Shown: positions 20,212 through 36,701 of the stretch, piece after piece
Layout of the letters: every line of letters begins with the position of its first letter
Position numbering within the stretch: the stretch's first letter is position 1
DNA from: an uncultured Actinomycetota bacterium
Lineage (GTDB): Bacteria; Actinomycetota; Actinomycetes; JACCUZ01
Reading direction: 5' to 3'
DNA: 64,000 nucleotides
NCBI GenBank assembly: GCA_963705885.1
Contig: OY970120.1
Coordinates: 2,671,219 to 2,735,218, forward strand
Notes under the pieces: generated by a model
Seen by the model: the letters and a program-made list of their open reading frames with translations, nothing else
Databases searched by the model: none
What the model was told of the DNA's origin: nothing
Translations under genes and position numbers: made by a program

Positions 20212-20350
20212 CAGGCCGATGACAGTCTGCTGAGCCTTGTGTCAGCGGCGACCGTGCAGACGCTCGTCGGGCCTACCGTGCGAGGACCTGGGGGGGCAGG
20301 GCGGGGTCGCAAAACGGTGGCCGCGCCACGGAGCAGGAAGGGGTCGGCAG

Positions 20351-20797
20351 ATGAAGACCGAGGCGAAGACCGGGATCCCGGGCCCGAGGACGGCAGGACC
20401 ATCCGCACCACCCGAGGCTGACCTCGTCCGCCGCGGCCTGGTGATCGCCGGCCTGGTGGGGGTCGCGATGGTCCACCTCCTCGACCTCGAGGAGAAGCTG
20501 GAGGAGGCGTGGTTCATCGGCGTGCTGTTCATCGGGCTGATCGCCGTGTGCCTCGTCCTGGCGGAGATGCTCGTGCGGTCCGACGACGTCCGCGTCTGGT
20601 CCCTGGCCGGGGCGGTCTGCCTGGCGACGATCATCGGCTACGCGCTCAGCCGCACCGTCGGCCTGCCGACGGAGGGTGGCGCCGAGAAGGGCGAGTGGCT
20701 GGAGCACCTCGGCATCGCGTCCCTGCTGGTCGAGGCGATCGTCGTCTGGTCGGTCGCCGTCCGGCTCGCGGCGGGCCGACAGAACCGCGCCGCCTGA
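20351..20797 (+). CDS. hypothetical integral membrane protein (4 predicted TM)
   Basis: Start trimmed to MKTEAKTG (ATG ~20351, preceded by aaggggtcggcag). Hydrophobic segments VIAGLVGVAMV, FIGVLFIGLIAVCLVLA, VWSLAGAVCLATIIGYAL, IASLLVEAIVVWSVAV. May be positionally equivalent to Rv2113. Confidence 0.5.
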   Translation: MKTEAKTGIPGPRTAGPSAPPEADLVRRGLVIAGLVGVAMVHLLDLEEKLEEAWFIGVLFIGLIAVCLVLAEMLVRSDDVRVWSLAGAVCLATIIGYALSRTVGLPTEGGAEKGEWLEHLGIASLLVEAIVVWSVAVRLAAGRQNRAA

Positions 20798-20873
20798 GCC
20801 TGCGCCGGCCCCTCGGTCGCGTCGGGCGCCGAACCGCTGCGGCGCTCGACGCGGCACCCCGGGGCCGCGGTCG

Positions 20874-22643
20874 TCAGAGGTACTGGCCGGTGTTCGCGAC
20901 GGTGTCGATCGAGCGGCCGGCCTCGGTGCCCTGCTTGCCCTGAATGAGCGTGCGGATGTAGACGATGCGCTCGCCCTTCTTGCCCGAGATCCGCGCCCAG
21001 TCGTCGGGGTTGGTGGTGTTGGGCAGGTCCTCGTTCTCCTTGAACTCGTCGACGCAGGCCGCGAGCAGGTGGGAGATCCGCAGGCCCTTCTGGCCGAGCT
21101 CGAGGAAGTCCTTGATCGCCATCTTCTTGGCCCGGTCCACGATGTTCTGGATCATGGCGCCGGAGTTGAAGTCCTTGAAGTACAGGACCTCCTTGTCGCC
21201 GTTGGCGTAGGTGACCTCGAGGAAGCGGTTCTCCTCGAGCTCGGAGTACATCCGCTCGACGGTCCGCTGGATCATCGCGGCGACCGTGGCGTCACGGTTG
21301 TCACCGTTCTCGCGCAGGTCCTCCTCGTGCAGCGGCAGGTCGGTCTTGATGTACTTGGAGAAGATGTCGCGCGCCGACTCGGCGTCCGGCCGCTCGATCT
21401 TGATCTTCACGTCCAGCCGGCCCGGGCGCAGGATCGCCGGGTCGATCATGTCCTCGCGGTTGGACGCGCCGATGACGAGGACGTTCTCGAGCCCCTCGAC
21501 GCCGTCGATCTCGGACAGCAGCTGCGGGACGATCGTGTTCTCCACGTCGGAGGAGACGCCCGAGCCGCGGGTGCGGAACAGCGAGTCCATCTCGTCGAAG
21601 AACACGATGACCGGGGTGCCCTCGGACGCCTTCTCCCGGGCCCGGGAGAAGACGAGACGGATGTGCCGCTCGGTCTCGCCGACGTACTTGTTCAGCAGCT
21701 CGGGGCCCTTGATGTTGAGGAAGAAGGAGCGGCCCTCGGGCTTTCCGGTCACCTCGGCGACCTTCTTGGCCAGCGAGTTGGCCACGGCCTTCGCGATGAG
21801 CGTCTTGCCGCAGCCGGGCGGGCCGTAGAGCAGCACGCCCTTCGGCGGGCGCAGCTGGTGCTCCAGGAAGAGCTCGGGGTGCAGGTAGGGCAGCTCGACG
21901 GCGTCGCGGATCTGCTCGATCTGGGCCGCCAGCCCGCCGATGAGGGTGTAGTCGATGTCCGGGACCTCCTCGAGGACCAGCTCCTCGACCTCGGACTTGG
22001 GCACGCGCTCGTAGACGTAGCCGGAGCGCGGCTCCAGCAGCAGCGACTCGCCCACGCGCAGGTGCTCCTGGCGCAGCGGCTCGGCCAGCCGGACGATCTT
22101 CTCCTCGTCGGTGTGGCCGACGACCAGGGCCCGCTCGCCGTCGGCGAGCACCTCCTTGAGCATCACGACCTCGCCGAGCTGCTCGAACTCCAGCGCCGCC
22201 ACGACGTTCATGGCCTCGTTGAGCATGACCTCCTGGCCGCGGACCAGGTCGTCGGTCTCGACACCGGGGCTCACCGCCACGCGCAGCTTGCGGCCGCCCG
22301 TGAAGATGTCGACCGTGTCGTCCTCGTTGCGGGTGAGGAAGACGCCGAAGCCGGCCGGGGGCTGCGCCAGGCGGTCGACCTCCTCCTTGAGGGTCACGAT
22401 CTGGTCGCGGGCCTCCTTGAGGGTCGTGACCAGCCTCTCGTTCTGCGTGGTGACCGCGGCCAGGTTGGTCTGGAGGTCGGCGACGCGCTCCTCGAGGGCG
22501 CGCAGATGGCGCGGCGACTCGCTGAGGCGGCCCCGGAGGGCCTCGACCTCGTCCTGCAACGCGCTGACCTGCGGGTTCAGGTCGTCGTCGTGGCGCGACG
22601 TGCGGCGCCTGCCATCGCCTGTCGGACGGTCCGTGGAAGACAC
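20874..22643 (-). CDS. arc: proteasome-associated AAA+ ATPase ARC/Mpa
   Basis: Start trimmed to the GTG at 22643 ([11 protein letters not shown]...), preceded by GGGAGGGTGA. N-terminal coiled coil, OB domains, Walker A GPPGCGKT, Walker [10 protein letters not shown], and the C-terminal GQYL proteasome-docking motif. The 776-aa track ORF is over-extended. Confidence 0.9.
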   Translation of the reverse strand: MSSTDRPTGDGRRRTSRHDDDLNPQVSALQDEVEALRGRLSESPRHLRALEERVADLQTNLAAVTTQNERLVTTLKEARDQIVTLKEEVDRLAQPPAGFGVFLTRNEDDTVDIFTGGRKLRVAVSPGVETDDLVRGQEVMLNEAMNVVAALEFEQLGEVVMLKEVLADGERALVVGHTDEEKIVRLAEPLRQEHLRVGESLLLEPRSGYVYERVPKSEVEELVLEEVPDIDYTLIGGLAAQIEQIRDAVELPYLHPELFLEHQLRPPKGVLLYGPPGCGKTLIAKAVANSLAKKVAEVTGKPEGRSFFLNIKGPELLNKYVGETERHIRLVFSRAREKASEGTPVIVFFDEMDSLFRTRGSGVSSDVENTIVPQLLSEIDGVEGLENVLVIGASNREDMIDPAILRPGRLDVKIKIERPDAESARDIFSKYIKTDLPLHEEDLRENGDNRDATVAAMIQRTVERMYSELEENRFLEVTYANGDKEVLYFKDFNSGAMIQNIVDRAKKMAIKDFLELGQKGLRISHLLAACVDEFKENEDLPNTTNPDDWARISGKKGERIVYIRTLIQGKQGTEAGRSIDTVANTGQYL

Positions 22644-22804
22644 GGTGTCACCCTCCCCTGGGGGAAACGCTCGTCCGGGCGTCGTGTCGACCCGGACAGC
22701 CTTGACCCTACCTTCGGCACGTCCGGTTGGGACCTGCAGCGGTGCGTGTCGCACGATCCGTCCGATCTTGCCGGGTCGGCCGGTCGGGGTCGGGCACCGG
22801 CCGG

Positions 22805-24919
<2,115 letters not shown>

Positions 24920-24935
24920 CTAGGTCGTCGCCGGT

Positions 24936-25928
24936 GTGGGCGACGCCTCCGTGTCCGGGGTCGCCCCTAGTGTGCTGGACATGAGCGCAGAGGTGGTCCA
25001 GAGCGGCCCGGGCGAGGCGGTCGGCCTGCCGGTGGGGGCCGAGCAGCCTCCGCCGTCCGAGGCGTCTCGCGGGCCTGCCTCGCTCTCGCCGTCCCGCGCG
25101 AGCGACTTCATGACCTGCCCGCTGCTCTACCGCTTCCGCGTCATCGACCGGCTCCCCGAGCGACCCAGCGCCGCGGCGACGCGTGGCACGGTCGTCCACT
25201 CGGTGCTGGAGCGGCTGTTCGACCTGCCGGCGGCCGACCGCACCCCCGCGCACGCGCGCGACCTGCTGGCGCCCGAGTGGGAGCGGCTGCTCGAGGAGGA
25301 GCCCGGGCTCGCCGAGCTGTTCCCCGACGACGACGGCCGCGACGAGTGGCTCCAGTCGGCCCGTGACCTGCTCGACGTCTACTTCGGCCTCGAGGACCCC
25401 ACGCGCCTCGAGCCGGCCGAGCGAGAGCTCTTCGTCGAGCACGACCTCGACTCGGGCCTGCGGCTGCGCGGCTACGTCGACCGGGTCGACGTGGCGCCCA
25501 CGGGCGCGGTGCGGGTGGTCGACTACAAGACCGGCCGCGCGCCCCGTGAGGGATTCGAGGCCAAGGCCATGTTCCAGATGAGGTTCTACGCGCTGGTGCT
25601 CTGGCGGCTGCGCGGCGAGGTCCCCCGTCTCCTGCAGCTGCTCTACCTCGGCAGCAACGAGGTGCTGCGCTACGAGCCCGACGAGGCCGACCTGCGCGCC
25701 ACCGAGCGCAAGCTCGAGGCCATCTGGGCGGCGATCCAGCGGGCCACCGAGCGGGGCGACTGGCGGCCGAGCCCCAGCCGCCTGTGCGACTGGTGCGACC
25801 ACCAGGCGCTGTGCCCGGCGTTCGGAGGCACCCCGCCGGAGCTCCCGGTGCTCCCGGTCCCGGTGGTGCCCGCGGCGCTGGCGGCCGACGAGCGCCCGAC
25901 CCCGCACACGCCGGCCGACGAGGTGTGA
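24936..25928 (+). CDS. PD-(D/E)XK RecB-family nuclease (Cas4-like, predicted Fe-S cluster)
   Basis: Motifs DRVD...VVDYKTG (PD-D/ExK) and a C-terminal Cys cluster CDWCDHQALCP (4-Cys). Resembles Rv2119. An alternative start is the ATG at ~24981 (MSAEVV). Confidence 0.75.
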   Translation: MGDASVSGVAPSVLDMSAEVVQSGPGEAVGLPVGAEQPPPSEASRGPASLSPSRASDFMTCPLLYRFRVIDRLPERPSAAATRGTVVHSVLERLFDLPAADRTPAHARDLLAPEWERLLEEEPGLAELFPDDDGRDEWLQSARDLLDVYFGLEDPTRLEPAERELFVEHDLDSGLRLRGYVDRVDVAPTGAVRVVDYKTGRAPREGFEAKAMFQMRFYALVLWRLRGEVPRLLQLLYLGSNEVLRYEPDEADLRATERKLEAIWAAIQRATERGDWRPSPSRLCDWCDHQALCPAFGGTPPELPVLPVPVVPAALAADERPTPHTPADEV

Positions 25929-26065
25929 GCCGCCTCGGGGTGACCCTGAGATGTGCCGGATGTCGCACCGGGTTGTCCCGTAAATGCCTAGGCGGGCGCG
26001 GCCGGGCTGTCTAGCGTGGCACGAGTCCGGCCTGCTCCGTCCTGCCTGCTCCGGGAGAGTCCACT

Positions 26066-26848
26066 GTGACCAGCACGCCTCCGCCCACCGCACCCGCCAC
26101 GACCGTGACGGCGGCCGCCCGGGCCGTGGACCTGACCAAGGTCTACGGCGAGGGCGACACGCGGGTCGTGGCTCTCGACGCGGTCAACGTCGCGTTCGAG
26201 CGAAGCCGGTTCACCGCCATCATGGGCCCCTCCGGCTCCGGCAAGTCGACGCTCATGCACTGTCTCGCGGGTCTGGACACCGCGACGTCGGGGTCGGCGT
26301 TCATCGGCGACGTCGACCTGAGCTCGCTCGACGACAAGCGCCTGACCCGGCTGCGCCGCGACAGCCTCGGCTTCATCTTCCAGGCCTACAACCTGGTGCC
26401 GACGCTCTCGGCCCGCGAGAACATCACGCTCCCCATGGACATCGCGGGGCGCAAGCCGGACAAGGAGTGGCTCGACGGGGTCATCTCCACCGTGGGGCTC
26501 GGTGACCGGCTGCACCACCGGCCGAGCGAGCTCTCCGGCGGCCAGCAGCAGCGCGTGGCGGTCGCTCGGGCGCTGGTGAGCCGGCCCGAGGTCGTGTTCG
26601 CCGACGAGCCCACCGGCAACCTCGACTCCCGGTCGGGCGCCGAGGTGCTGACCTTCCTGCAGCAGTCGGTGCGCGAGATGGGGCAGACGATCGTCATCGT
26701 CACCCACGACCCCGGGGCGGCCGCCTACTCGGACCGGGTGGTCTTCCTCGCCGACGGTCGCACGGTCGACGAGATGTTCGACCCCACCGCCGACGCGGTG
26801 CTCGACCGGATGAAGAGCTTCGACATGCCCGGCCACCCGGGGGCCTGA
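26066..26848 (+). CDS. ABC transporter ATP-binding protein (MacB/FtsE-like)
   Basis: Walker A GPSGSGKST, Q-loop, signature LSGGQQQRVAVARAL, Walker B VVFADEPTGNLD, H-loop VTHD. Confidence 0.85.
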   Translation: MTSTPPPTAPATTVTAAARAVDLTKVYGEGDTRVVALDAVNVAFERSRFTAIMGPSGSGKSTLMHCLAGLDTATSGSAFIGDVDLSSLDDKRLTRLRRDSLGFIFQAYNLVPTLSARENITLPMDIAGRKPDKEWLDGVISTVGLGDRLHHRPSELSGGQQQRVAVARALVSRPEVVFADEPTGNLDSRSGAEVLTFLQQSVREMGQTIVIVTHDPGAAAYSDRVVFLADGRTVDEMFDPTADAVLDRMKSFDMPGHPGA

Positions 26849-26851
26849 CCG

Positions 26852-29395
26852 ATGCTTCGAGTCACCGTCAAGAGCCTGCTCGCCCGCAAGCTCAGGCTCC
26901 TGCTCACCGCGCTGGCCGTCGTGCTCGGCGTCGCCTTCGTGTCCGGCACCCTCGTCCTCGGCGACACGCTGAACTCGACCTTCGACAAGCTCTTCGCCAC
27001 CGCCTACTCCGGCACCGATGTCGGCGTCCGCGGCAAGTCGGCGTTCGAGGTCAGCGTCACCGACGGTGGCGACCCGACCCAGTCCCGGCCGCCGGTGCCG
27101 GTCGGCGTCCTCGATCAGGTCCGCGGCGTCGAGGGCGTCGGCGAGGCCGAGGGCGACTCCGCAGGCTTCGCCCAGATCGTGACACCGGACGGCGAGGTGG
27201 TCGAGACGAGCGGCGCCCCGACGCTGGGCGGCTCGTGGCTGGGCGACAGCCCGCTCAACCCCTACGTCCTGCAGGACGGCGCACCTCCGGCCGGCCCCGG
27301 CGAGGTCGCCGTCGACGAGGCGACGGCGAGCGACAACGACCTCGCCGTCGGCGACATCATCGGGGTGCTGACCCAGTCGGGACCTCTGGACGCCACCATC
27401 ACCGGCATCGTGAGCTTCGGCGAGAGCGGCAGCCTCGCGGGCGCCACCGTCACGCTCTTCGACCCCGGGGTCGCGCAGAGCGCGATCGGAACTCCCGGCA
27501 GCTTCAGCGAGGTCCTCGCCGTGGGCGACGGCACCGTGAGCGACGAGGAGCTCCGCGACCGGGTCGCGGAGGTGCTGCCGGCCGGCTACCAGGCGCTCAC
27601 CGGTGAGCAGCTCGCCGCCGAGGACTCCAGCGACATCAAGGACGCGCTCGGCTTCTTCAGCACTTTCCTGCTCGTGTTCGCCGTCATCTCGATCTTCGTC
27701 GGGTCCTTCATCATCTTCAACACGTTCAGCATGCTGGTCGCCCAGCGCAGCCGCGAGCTCGCGCTCCTGCGCGCCCTCGGAGCCAGCAGGCGGCAGGTGA
27801 ACCTCGCGGTGCTCGTCGAGGCCCTCGTCGTGGGCCTGCTGGGGTCCACCATCGGGCTCGGGCTCGGGGTCCTGCTGTCGATGGGGCTGCAGGCCCTCGT
27901 CGGGCTGTTCCTCGGGGACCTCCCCACCGACGGCCTCGTGTTCCAGGCCGACACCGTGGTCTGGGCCTACGTCACGGGCGTCGTCGTGACGGTCGCGTCG
28001 GCCGTCGCCCCCGCCCGGCGCGCGACACACATCCCGCCCGTCGCGGCGCTGCGCGACGACGTCGCCCTGCCGGCCTCCTCCCTGCGGCGCCGGGCGGTGC
28101 TGGGCACCGCGGTCCTCGCCGCCGGCGTCCTGAGCATGGCGGCGGGCCTCGTCGGCAGCGCCGGCATCCTGTGGGTCGGCGTGGGTGCGCTCGGCATCTT
28201 CCTGGGCGCGGCGATGCTCAGCCCGTTCCTCAGCCGCCCCGTGGTGGGCGGCATCGGCAGCGTGCTGCCCCGCCTCTGGGGGTCGATCGGGCGGCTGGCC
28301 CGCGAGAACGCGCGCCGCAACCCGCGCCGCACCGCCTCCACCGCGTCCGCCCTGATGATCGGGCTGGCGCTGGTCGCGGCCGGTGGCGTGCTGGCGGCGT
28401 CGCTGGTCAAGAGCGCCAACGCGATCATCGACCGCAGCGTCGGGGCCGACTTCATCGTGTCGGCCAGCAACTTCCTCCCCATCCCGGGCAGCGTCGCCGA
28501 CGACGTGCGCGACGTCGAGGGCATCGACGCGGTCACGTCCTTCCGCGCCGGGCAGGCCGAGATCGACGGCAAGGTCGTGTCCCTGCAGGGCGTCACCGCC
28601 GACACCGTCGACCGCACGCTGCAGCTGGAGATCGTCGACGGCGACCTCGCGGGGCTCGCCGAGGACGACCGGTTGCTGGTCGACGCCGACCTCGCCGAGG
28701 AGCGGGGATGGCAGGTGGGTGAGAGCATCCCGGCGGTGTTCGGCAAGACCGGCGCCAGGGACCTGGTGCTGGCCGGGACCTACGCCGAGAACCAGATCGC
28801 CGGCAGCTACCTCGTCAGCCTCGAGACCTACGAGGAGAACTACACCCAGACGCTCGACCAGGTCGTGGCCATGACGGTGACGCCCGACGCCGACGTCGAC
28901 GCCGTGCGCGAGGACATCACGGCCGCGGCGGGCGCCTCGAACCTCGAGATCCGCGACCAGAGCGAGTTCAAGCAGGAGCAGCGCGACCAGATCAACCAGC
29001 TGCTCGGCTTCATCTTCGTGCTGCTCGCGCTGGCGGTGCTCATCGCGGCCCTCGGCATCGTCAACACGCTGGCGCTGTCGGTGATCGAGCGCACTCGCGA
29101 GATCGGGCTGCTGCGCGCCGTCGGCATGGGGCGCCGTCAGGTGCGTCGCATGGTGCGTCTCGAGTCGGTGGTCATCGCGATCTTCGGCACGCTGCTGGGC
29201 CTCGTGCTCGGCGTGGCCCTCGGTGCCGCGCTGGTCACCGCCCTCAACGACGAGGGCATCGACCAGCTGGTGATCCCGTTCGGCCAGCTGGTGGTCTACC
29301 TGGTCGTCGGCGCGCTGATCGGTGTCGTGGCGGCAGTGTGGCCGGCCCGCCGCGCGGCCCGCCTGGACGTGCTGCGGGCGATCACGACCGAGTGA
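26852..29395 (+). CDS. ABC transporter permease, FtsX-like family with two FtsX domains (MacB-type)
   Basis: 847 aa. Two repeats of a 4-TM FtsX permease domain, each preceded by a large extracytoplasmic domain. Starts 4 nt after the ATPase gene. Confidence 0.85.
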   Translation: MLRVTVKSLLARKLRLLLTALAVVLGVAFVSGTLVLGDTLNSTFDKLFATAYSGTDVGVRGKSAFEVSVTDGGDPTQSRPPVPVGVLDQVRGVEGVGEAEGDSAGFAQIVTPDGEVVETSGAPTLGGSWLGDSPLNPYVLQDGAPPAGPGEVAVDEATASDNDLAVGDIIGVLTQSGPLDATITGIVSFGESGSLAGATVTLFDPGVAQSAIGTPGSFSEVLAVGDGTVSDEELRDRVAEVLPAGYQALTGEQLAAEDSSDIKDALGFFSTFLLVFAVISIFVGSFIIFNTFSMLVAQRSRELALLRALGASRRQVNLAVLVEALVVGLLGSTIGLGLGVLLSMGLQALVGLFLGDLPTDGLVFQADTVVWAYVTGVVVTVASAVAPARRATHIPPVAALRDDVALPASSLRRRAVLGTAVLAAGVLSMAAGLVGSAGILWVGVGALGIFLGAAMLSPFLSRPVVGGIGSVLPRLWGSIGRLARENARRNPRRTASTASALMIGLALVAAGGVLAASLVKSANAIIDRSVGADFIVSASNFLPIPGSVADDVRDVEGIDAVTSFRAGQAEIDGKVVSLQGVTADTVDRTLQLEIVDGDLAGLAEDDRLLVDADLAEERGWQVGESIPAVFGKTGARDLVLAGTYAENQIAGSYLVSLETYEENYTQTLDQVVAMTVTPDADVDAVREDITAAAGASNLEIRDQSEFKQEQRDQINQLLGFIFVLLALAVLIAALGIVNTLALSVIERTREIGLLRAVGMGRRQVRRMVRLESVVIAIFGTLLGLVLGVALGAALVTALNDEGIDQLVIPFGQLVVYLVVGALIGVVAAVWPARRAARLDVLRAITTE

Positions 29396-30052
29396 CCCCG
29401 TGGGCGCGCACGAGGTCGCCGAGCGTCCTCGGGTCGAGCTCGACCAGCGAGGCCACCACCGTGACCGCGTCGTCGTCCGGCAGCGGTGCGACGTGGGGCA
29501 CCGCGACGACGGCCGACCCGGCCGCGAGCCCGGAGGCGATGCCGGCCGGCGAGTCCTCGACGACCACGCAGTCGACGGGGTCGACGCCCAGCCGGGCGGC
29601 GGCGGTCAGGTACGGCTCGGGGTGCGGCTTGCCGCGGCGCACCTCGTCGCCGGTCACCACGGCGGCGAACGTCGCGGCCGGCAGGTCGGCCAGGACGGCG
29701 TCGGCCAGCCGCCGGTAGGACATGGTGACGAGGGCGAGCGGCACGTCGGCCGCCCGCAGCGCCCCGATCAGGTCGCGGGCACCCGGCTGCCAGGGCACGG
29801 CCACGCCTACCGCCGCGATCACGCCGTCCAGGAGGCGGTCGACGATCTCCCCGACGGGCAGGTCGACCCCGCCCTCGTCGCGCAGGCGGGCGGCCGTGAC
29901 CGGGATGGGGTTGCCCACGCTGGCGACCGCCTGCTCACGTGACCAGCTCCCGCCGTACGCGCGGGCGAGGGCGTGCTCCTCGGCCATCCACGAGGGCTCG
30001 GTGTCCACCAGCGTCCCGTCGAGGTCGAGCAGCACCGCGGCAGGCAGCCTGC

Positions 30053-30056
<4 letters not shown>
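29382..30056 (-). CDS. HAD-family hydrolase (beta-phosphoglucomutase-like subfamily)
   Basis: GTG start at 30056 (VSRLPAAVLLDLDGTLVDTEP, HAD motif I DxDGT). Motif III K, motif IV VVVEDSPAGIASGLAAG. GTG overlaps the metH stop (GTGA). Confidence 0.75.
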
Positions 30057-33577
<3,521 letters not shown>

Positions 33578-33628
33578 CGCGGGCGAGTCTAGGGCCGGGA
33601 CGACGCCGTAGGCTGGTCGGACCGGAAG

Positions 33629-34537
33629 ATGAGAGACCCAGCCACGCGGAGGAGCCCAGGTGACCACGAGGTGATCGAGCTCGACGGCTACCCCGAGCTC
33701 GTCGACCCGCTGCTGATCGCGGCGTTCGAAGGCTGGAACGACGCGGGCGACGCGGCGACCTCGGCGGTCGAGCACCTGGAGGAGGTCTGGTCCTCGACCC
33801 CGCTGACCGAGATGGACCCCGAGGACTACTACGACTACCAGGTCAACCGGCCGACGGTCTCGGTCGGCGAGGACGGCCGGCGACTGGTCACCTGGCCGAC
33901 GACCCGGGTCTCGTTCGCCCGGCTGCCCGACGTCGGCCGGGACGTCGTGCTCATCCGCGGCATCGAGCCGAACATGCGGTGGAAGCAGTACACCCACGAG
34001 ATCCTCGGCGTCTGCCACGAGCTCGGCGTCGAGATGGTGGTGACCCTGGGGGCGCTGCTCGCGGACTCGCCGCACACGAGGCCGGTCCCGGTGACCGGGA
34101 CGTCCTCGGACGAGGGCGTCGTCACCTCGCTGCACCTCGAGACGTCGCGCTACGAGGGCCCGACCGGCATCGTCGGGGTCGTGCAGGACGCGTGCACCCG
34201 CGCGGGCGTGCCGGCCCTGTCCATCTGGGCGGCGGTCCCGCACTACGTCGCCCAGCCGCCCTGCCCGAAGGCCACGCTCGCGCTGCTGCGCCACATCGAG
34301 GACCTGCTCGACGTGCCGATCCCCCTCGGCGAGCTGCCCGACGACGCGCGCGCCTGGGAGCGCGGTGTCGACGAGCTCGCGGCCGAGGACACCGAGGTCG
34401 CCGACTACGTCCGCTCGCTCGAGGAGGCCAAGGACCTCACCGACGCGCCGGAGGCCTCCGGTGACGCGATCGCGCGGGAGTTCGAGCGCTACCTGCGCCG
34501 CCGCGGCGACGAGCCCGGCCCCCACCCCCGCCCCTGA
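33629..34537 (+). CDS. PAC2 family protein (proteasome assembly chaperone 2-like)
   Basis: 302 aa. N-terminus PELVDPLLIAAFEGWNDAGDAAT... is typical of the actinobacterial PAC2 family (Rv2125-like). Acidic C-terminal tail. Confidence 0.8.
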   Translation: MRDPATRRSPGDHEVIELDGYPELVDPLLIAAFEGWNDAGDAATSAVEHLEEVWSSTPLTEMDPEDYYDYQVNRPTVSVGEDGRRLVTWPTTRVSFARLPDVGRDVVLIRGIEPNMRWKQYTHEILGVCHELGVEMVVTLGALLADSPHTRPVPVTGTSSDEGVVTSLHLETSRYEGPTGIVGVVQDACTRAGVPALSIWAAVPHYVAQPPCPKATLALLRHIEDLLDVPIPLGELPDDARAWERGVDELAAEDTEVADYVRSLEEAKDLTDAPEASGDAIAREFERYLRRRGDEPGPHPRP

Positions 34538-34637
34538 CCCCCCCCACCGTCGGTAGCAGGCGCGCAGGCGCAGGGCGGGGCGCGGCCAACCGTGGGTGAT
34601 CATGCGGGGTGCGGGTGGCCGGGGGGGTTGTGGTGCG

Positions 34638-35870
34638 TCAGAGGCGGATGCCGAGGAGGGCGTTGACGGCGCGGGACACGACGCCGGGCGCACCCTCGTC
34701 GGTCCCGGACCCCGCCTCGGCCTGGGTGACCCAGTGGTCCACGGCCGTGAGCGCCCCCGGCGCGTCGAGGTCGTCGGCCAGGTGTCGCCGGAGGGCGTCG
34801 AGCACGGCGTCCGGTGACGGACCGCCGTTGCGCGACACCGCGGCCTGCCAGCGGGCCAGGCGGGCCTCCGCCGAGGTCAGGTCCTCGTCGGTCCACTCCC
34901 AGTCCGAGCGGTAGTGGTGCGCGAGCAGCGCCAGCCGCAGGGCCATCGGGTCGTGGCCCTGCGCGCGCAGCGTCGACACGAACACGAGGTTCCCCCTGGA
35001 CTTCGACATCTTCTCGCCGTCGAGCCCGACCATGCCGGCGTGCACGTAGTGCCGCGCGAACGGCCACGACCCCGTGAGCACGTGCGCCTGCGAGGCGCTC
35101 ATCTCGTGGTGCGGGAAGACCAGGTCGCTGCCGCCGCCCTGCACGTCGATCGCCGTGCCGAGCCGCTCCAGCGCGATCGCCGCGCACTCCAGGTGCCAGC
35201 CGGGCCGTCCCGGAGGGAGCGCGTCGCCCGCCTCCCACGCCGGCTCCCCCGGCCGCGCCGCCTGCCAGAGCAGACAGTCCAGCGGGTGCTTCTTGCCCGG
35301 CCGCTCGGGGTCGCCGCCGCGCTCCGCCGCCAGCGCGAGCATCGTCTCGTCGTCGAGCCGCCCGACCCCGCCGAACCGCGGGTCGCTGTGCACCGAGAAG
35401 TACATGTCGCCGTCGACCTCGTAGGTCGCGCCCGCCTCCCGCAGCCGCTGCACGGCGACGGCGATCTCGGGGATCGCCTCGACCGCCCCGACGTAGTCGC
35501 GCGGGGGCAGGATGCCGAGGGCGGTCATGTCCTCGCGGAACAGGGCCGTCTCGCGCTCGGCCAGCTCCTGCCAGTCGTGGCCGTCACGGACCGCGCGCTC
35601 GAGCAGCGGGTCGTCGACGTCGGTGACGTTCTGCACGTAGTGCACGTCGTGCCCGCCGTCGAGCCAGACGCGGTGGACGAGGTCGAACGCGAGGTACGTC
35701 GCCGCGTGACCCATGTGGGTCGCGTCGTAGGGCGTGATGCCGCACACGTACATGCGCGCGGTCGGGCCCGGGGCGGTGGGCCGCACCTCGCCGGTCGACG
35801 TGTCGAACAGGCGCAGCGACAGCCCCGACCCCGGCAGGGACGGGATCGCGGGAGCGGGCCAGGCGTGCAC
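34638..35870 (-). CDS. mshC: L-cysteine:1D-myo-inositol 2-amino-2-deoxy-alpha-D-glucopyranoside ligase MshC
   Basis: Class-I aaRS-like HIGH ([10 protein letters not shown]) and KMSKS motifs. Near-colinear with M. tuberculosis MshC ([13 protein letters not shown]...[13 protein letters not shown]...[10 protein letters not shown]...[12 protein letters not shown]). Confidence 0.9.
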   Translation of the reverse strand: MHAWPAPAIPSLPGSGLSLRLFDTSTGEVRPTAPGPTARMYVCGITPYDATHMGHAATYLAFDLVHRVWLDGGHDVHYVQNVTDVDDPLLERAVRDGHDWQELAERETALFREDMTALGILPPRDYVGAVEAIPEIAVAVQRLREAGATYEVDGDMYFSVHSDPRFGGVGRLDDETMLALAAERGGDPERPGKKHPLDCLLWQAARPGEPAWEAGDALPPGRPGWHLECAAIALERLGTAIDVQGGGSDLVFPHHEMSASQAHVLTGSWPFARHYVHAGMVGLDGEKMSKSRGNLVFVSTLRAQGHDPMALRLALLAHHYRSDWEWTDEDLTSAEARLARWQAAVSRNGGPSPDAVLDALRRHLADDLDAPGALTAVDHWVTQAEAGSGTDEGAPGVVSRAVNALLGIRL

Positions 35871-35887
35871 GCGGGGATCCTACGTGC

Positions 35888-36685
35888 CTAGAAGGGGGGC
35901 CACGGGATCGCCGGCCAGCCCTCCGAGGGGTACGGCAGGTGGCCGGCGTCGAGGAGCCGGTCGACCCGGCGCCGCAGGGCCAATACCTCGGCCGGCGCGA
36001 CGAGCCCGGACAGCTCGGCGCCCAGTGGTCCGTCCAGCCGGCCGCACAGCTCGCGCAGCAGCTCGCGCTCGACGTCGGTCAGACCCTCGCCGGCCCAGCC
36101 CCAGAGGACCGTGCGCAGCTTGGGCTCTCGGTGCAGGCACACGCCGTGGTCGACCCCGCGTACGACGCCGTCCGGCCCCGGCAGCACGTGGCCGCCCTTG
36201 CGGTCGGCGTTGTTCAGCACGACGTCGAGCAGGGCCATCCGGCGCAGGCGCGGGTCGTCTGCGTGGGCCAGCACGACCGGCTCCCCGCCGGTGCCGAGAG
36301 CGTCCAGGACGTGCCGCCATCCGTCGGGCACGGCGTGCGGCGCGAGCACGTCGACCAGACCGGCCGCCTCGTCGGTGTCGACCCAGAGCTGGCACATTCC
36401 CTCGCCGAAGGGTCCGTCGCGCAGCACCGTCGGCGGGACGACGTCGAACCCGCCGGCCACCGAGAGGACGTACGACGCGACCTCGCGGCCGGCCAGCGAC
36501 CCGTCGGGGAAGTCCCAGAGCGGCCGCTCCCCCGCGACCGGCTTGTAGACGCACCGCTCGACGACACCGTCGTGCTCGATGCTGCAGAACAGCGTCGCGT
36601 TCGAGGCCTCGACGAGACGGCCCTGCACGGTGACCTCGCCGTGGCGCAGCAGCTCGAGCGCGGTCGCGACGTCGATCTCGCTCAC
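35888..36685 (-). CDS. SCO1664-family protein (Rv2133c-like, conserved actinobacterial, function unknown)
   Basis: Start trimmed to the GTG at 36685 (VSEIDVATALELLRHGEV...), because the track ORF would otherwise overlap the upstream DUF3090 gene. Conserved neighbour of DUF3090 and mshC. Confidence 0.65.
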   Translation of the reverse strand: MSEIDVATALELLRHGEVTVQGRLVEASNATLFCSIEHDGVVERCVYKPVAGERPLWDFPDGSLAGREVASYVLSVAGGFDVVPPTVLRDGPFGEGMCQLWVDTDEAAGLVDVLAPHAVPDGWRHVLDALGTGGEPVVLAHADDPRLRRMALLDVVLNNADRKGGHVLPGPDGVVRGVDHGVCLHREPKLRTVLWGWAGEGLTDVERELLRELCGRLDGPLGAELSGLVAPAEVLALRRRVDRLLDAGHLPYPSEGWPAIPWPPF

Positions 36686-36701
36686 GGCCGGCCCGGCGGC
36701 G

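Noticed and set aside
34538-34637. C-run/G-run sequence (ccccccccacc ... ccgggggggttgtgg) between the convergent PAC2 and mshC genes, considered as a bidirectional terminator.
   Set aside because: The two runs are not properly complementary and I could not draw a convincing stem, so I did not call a feature.
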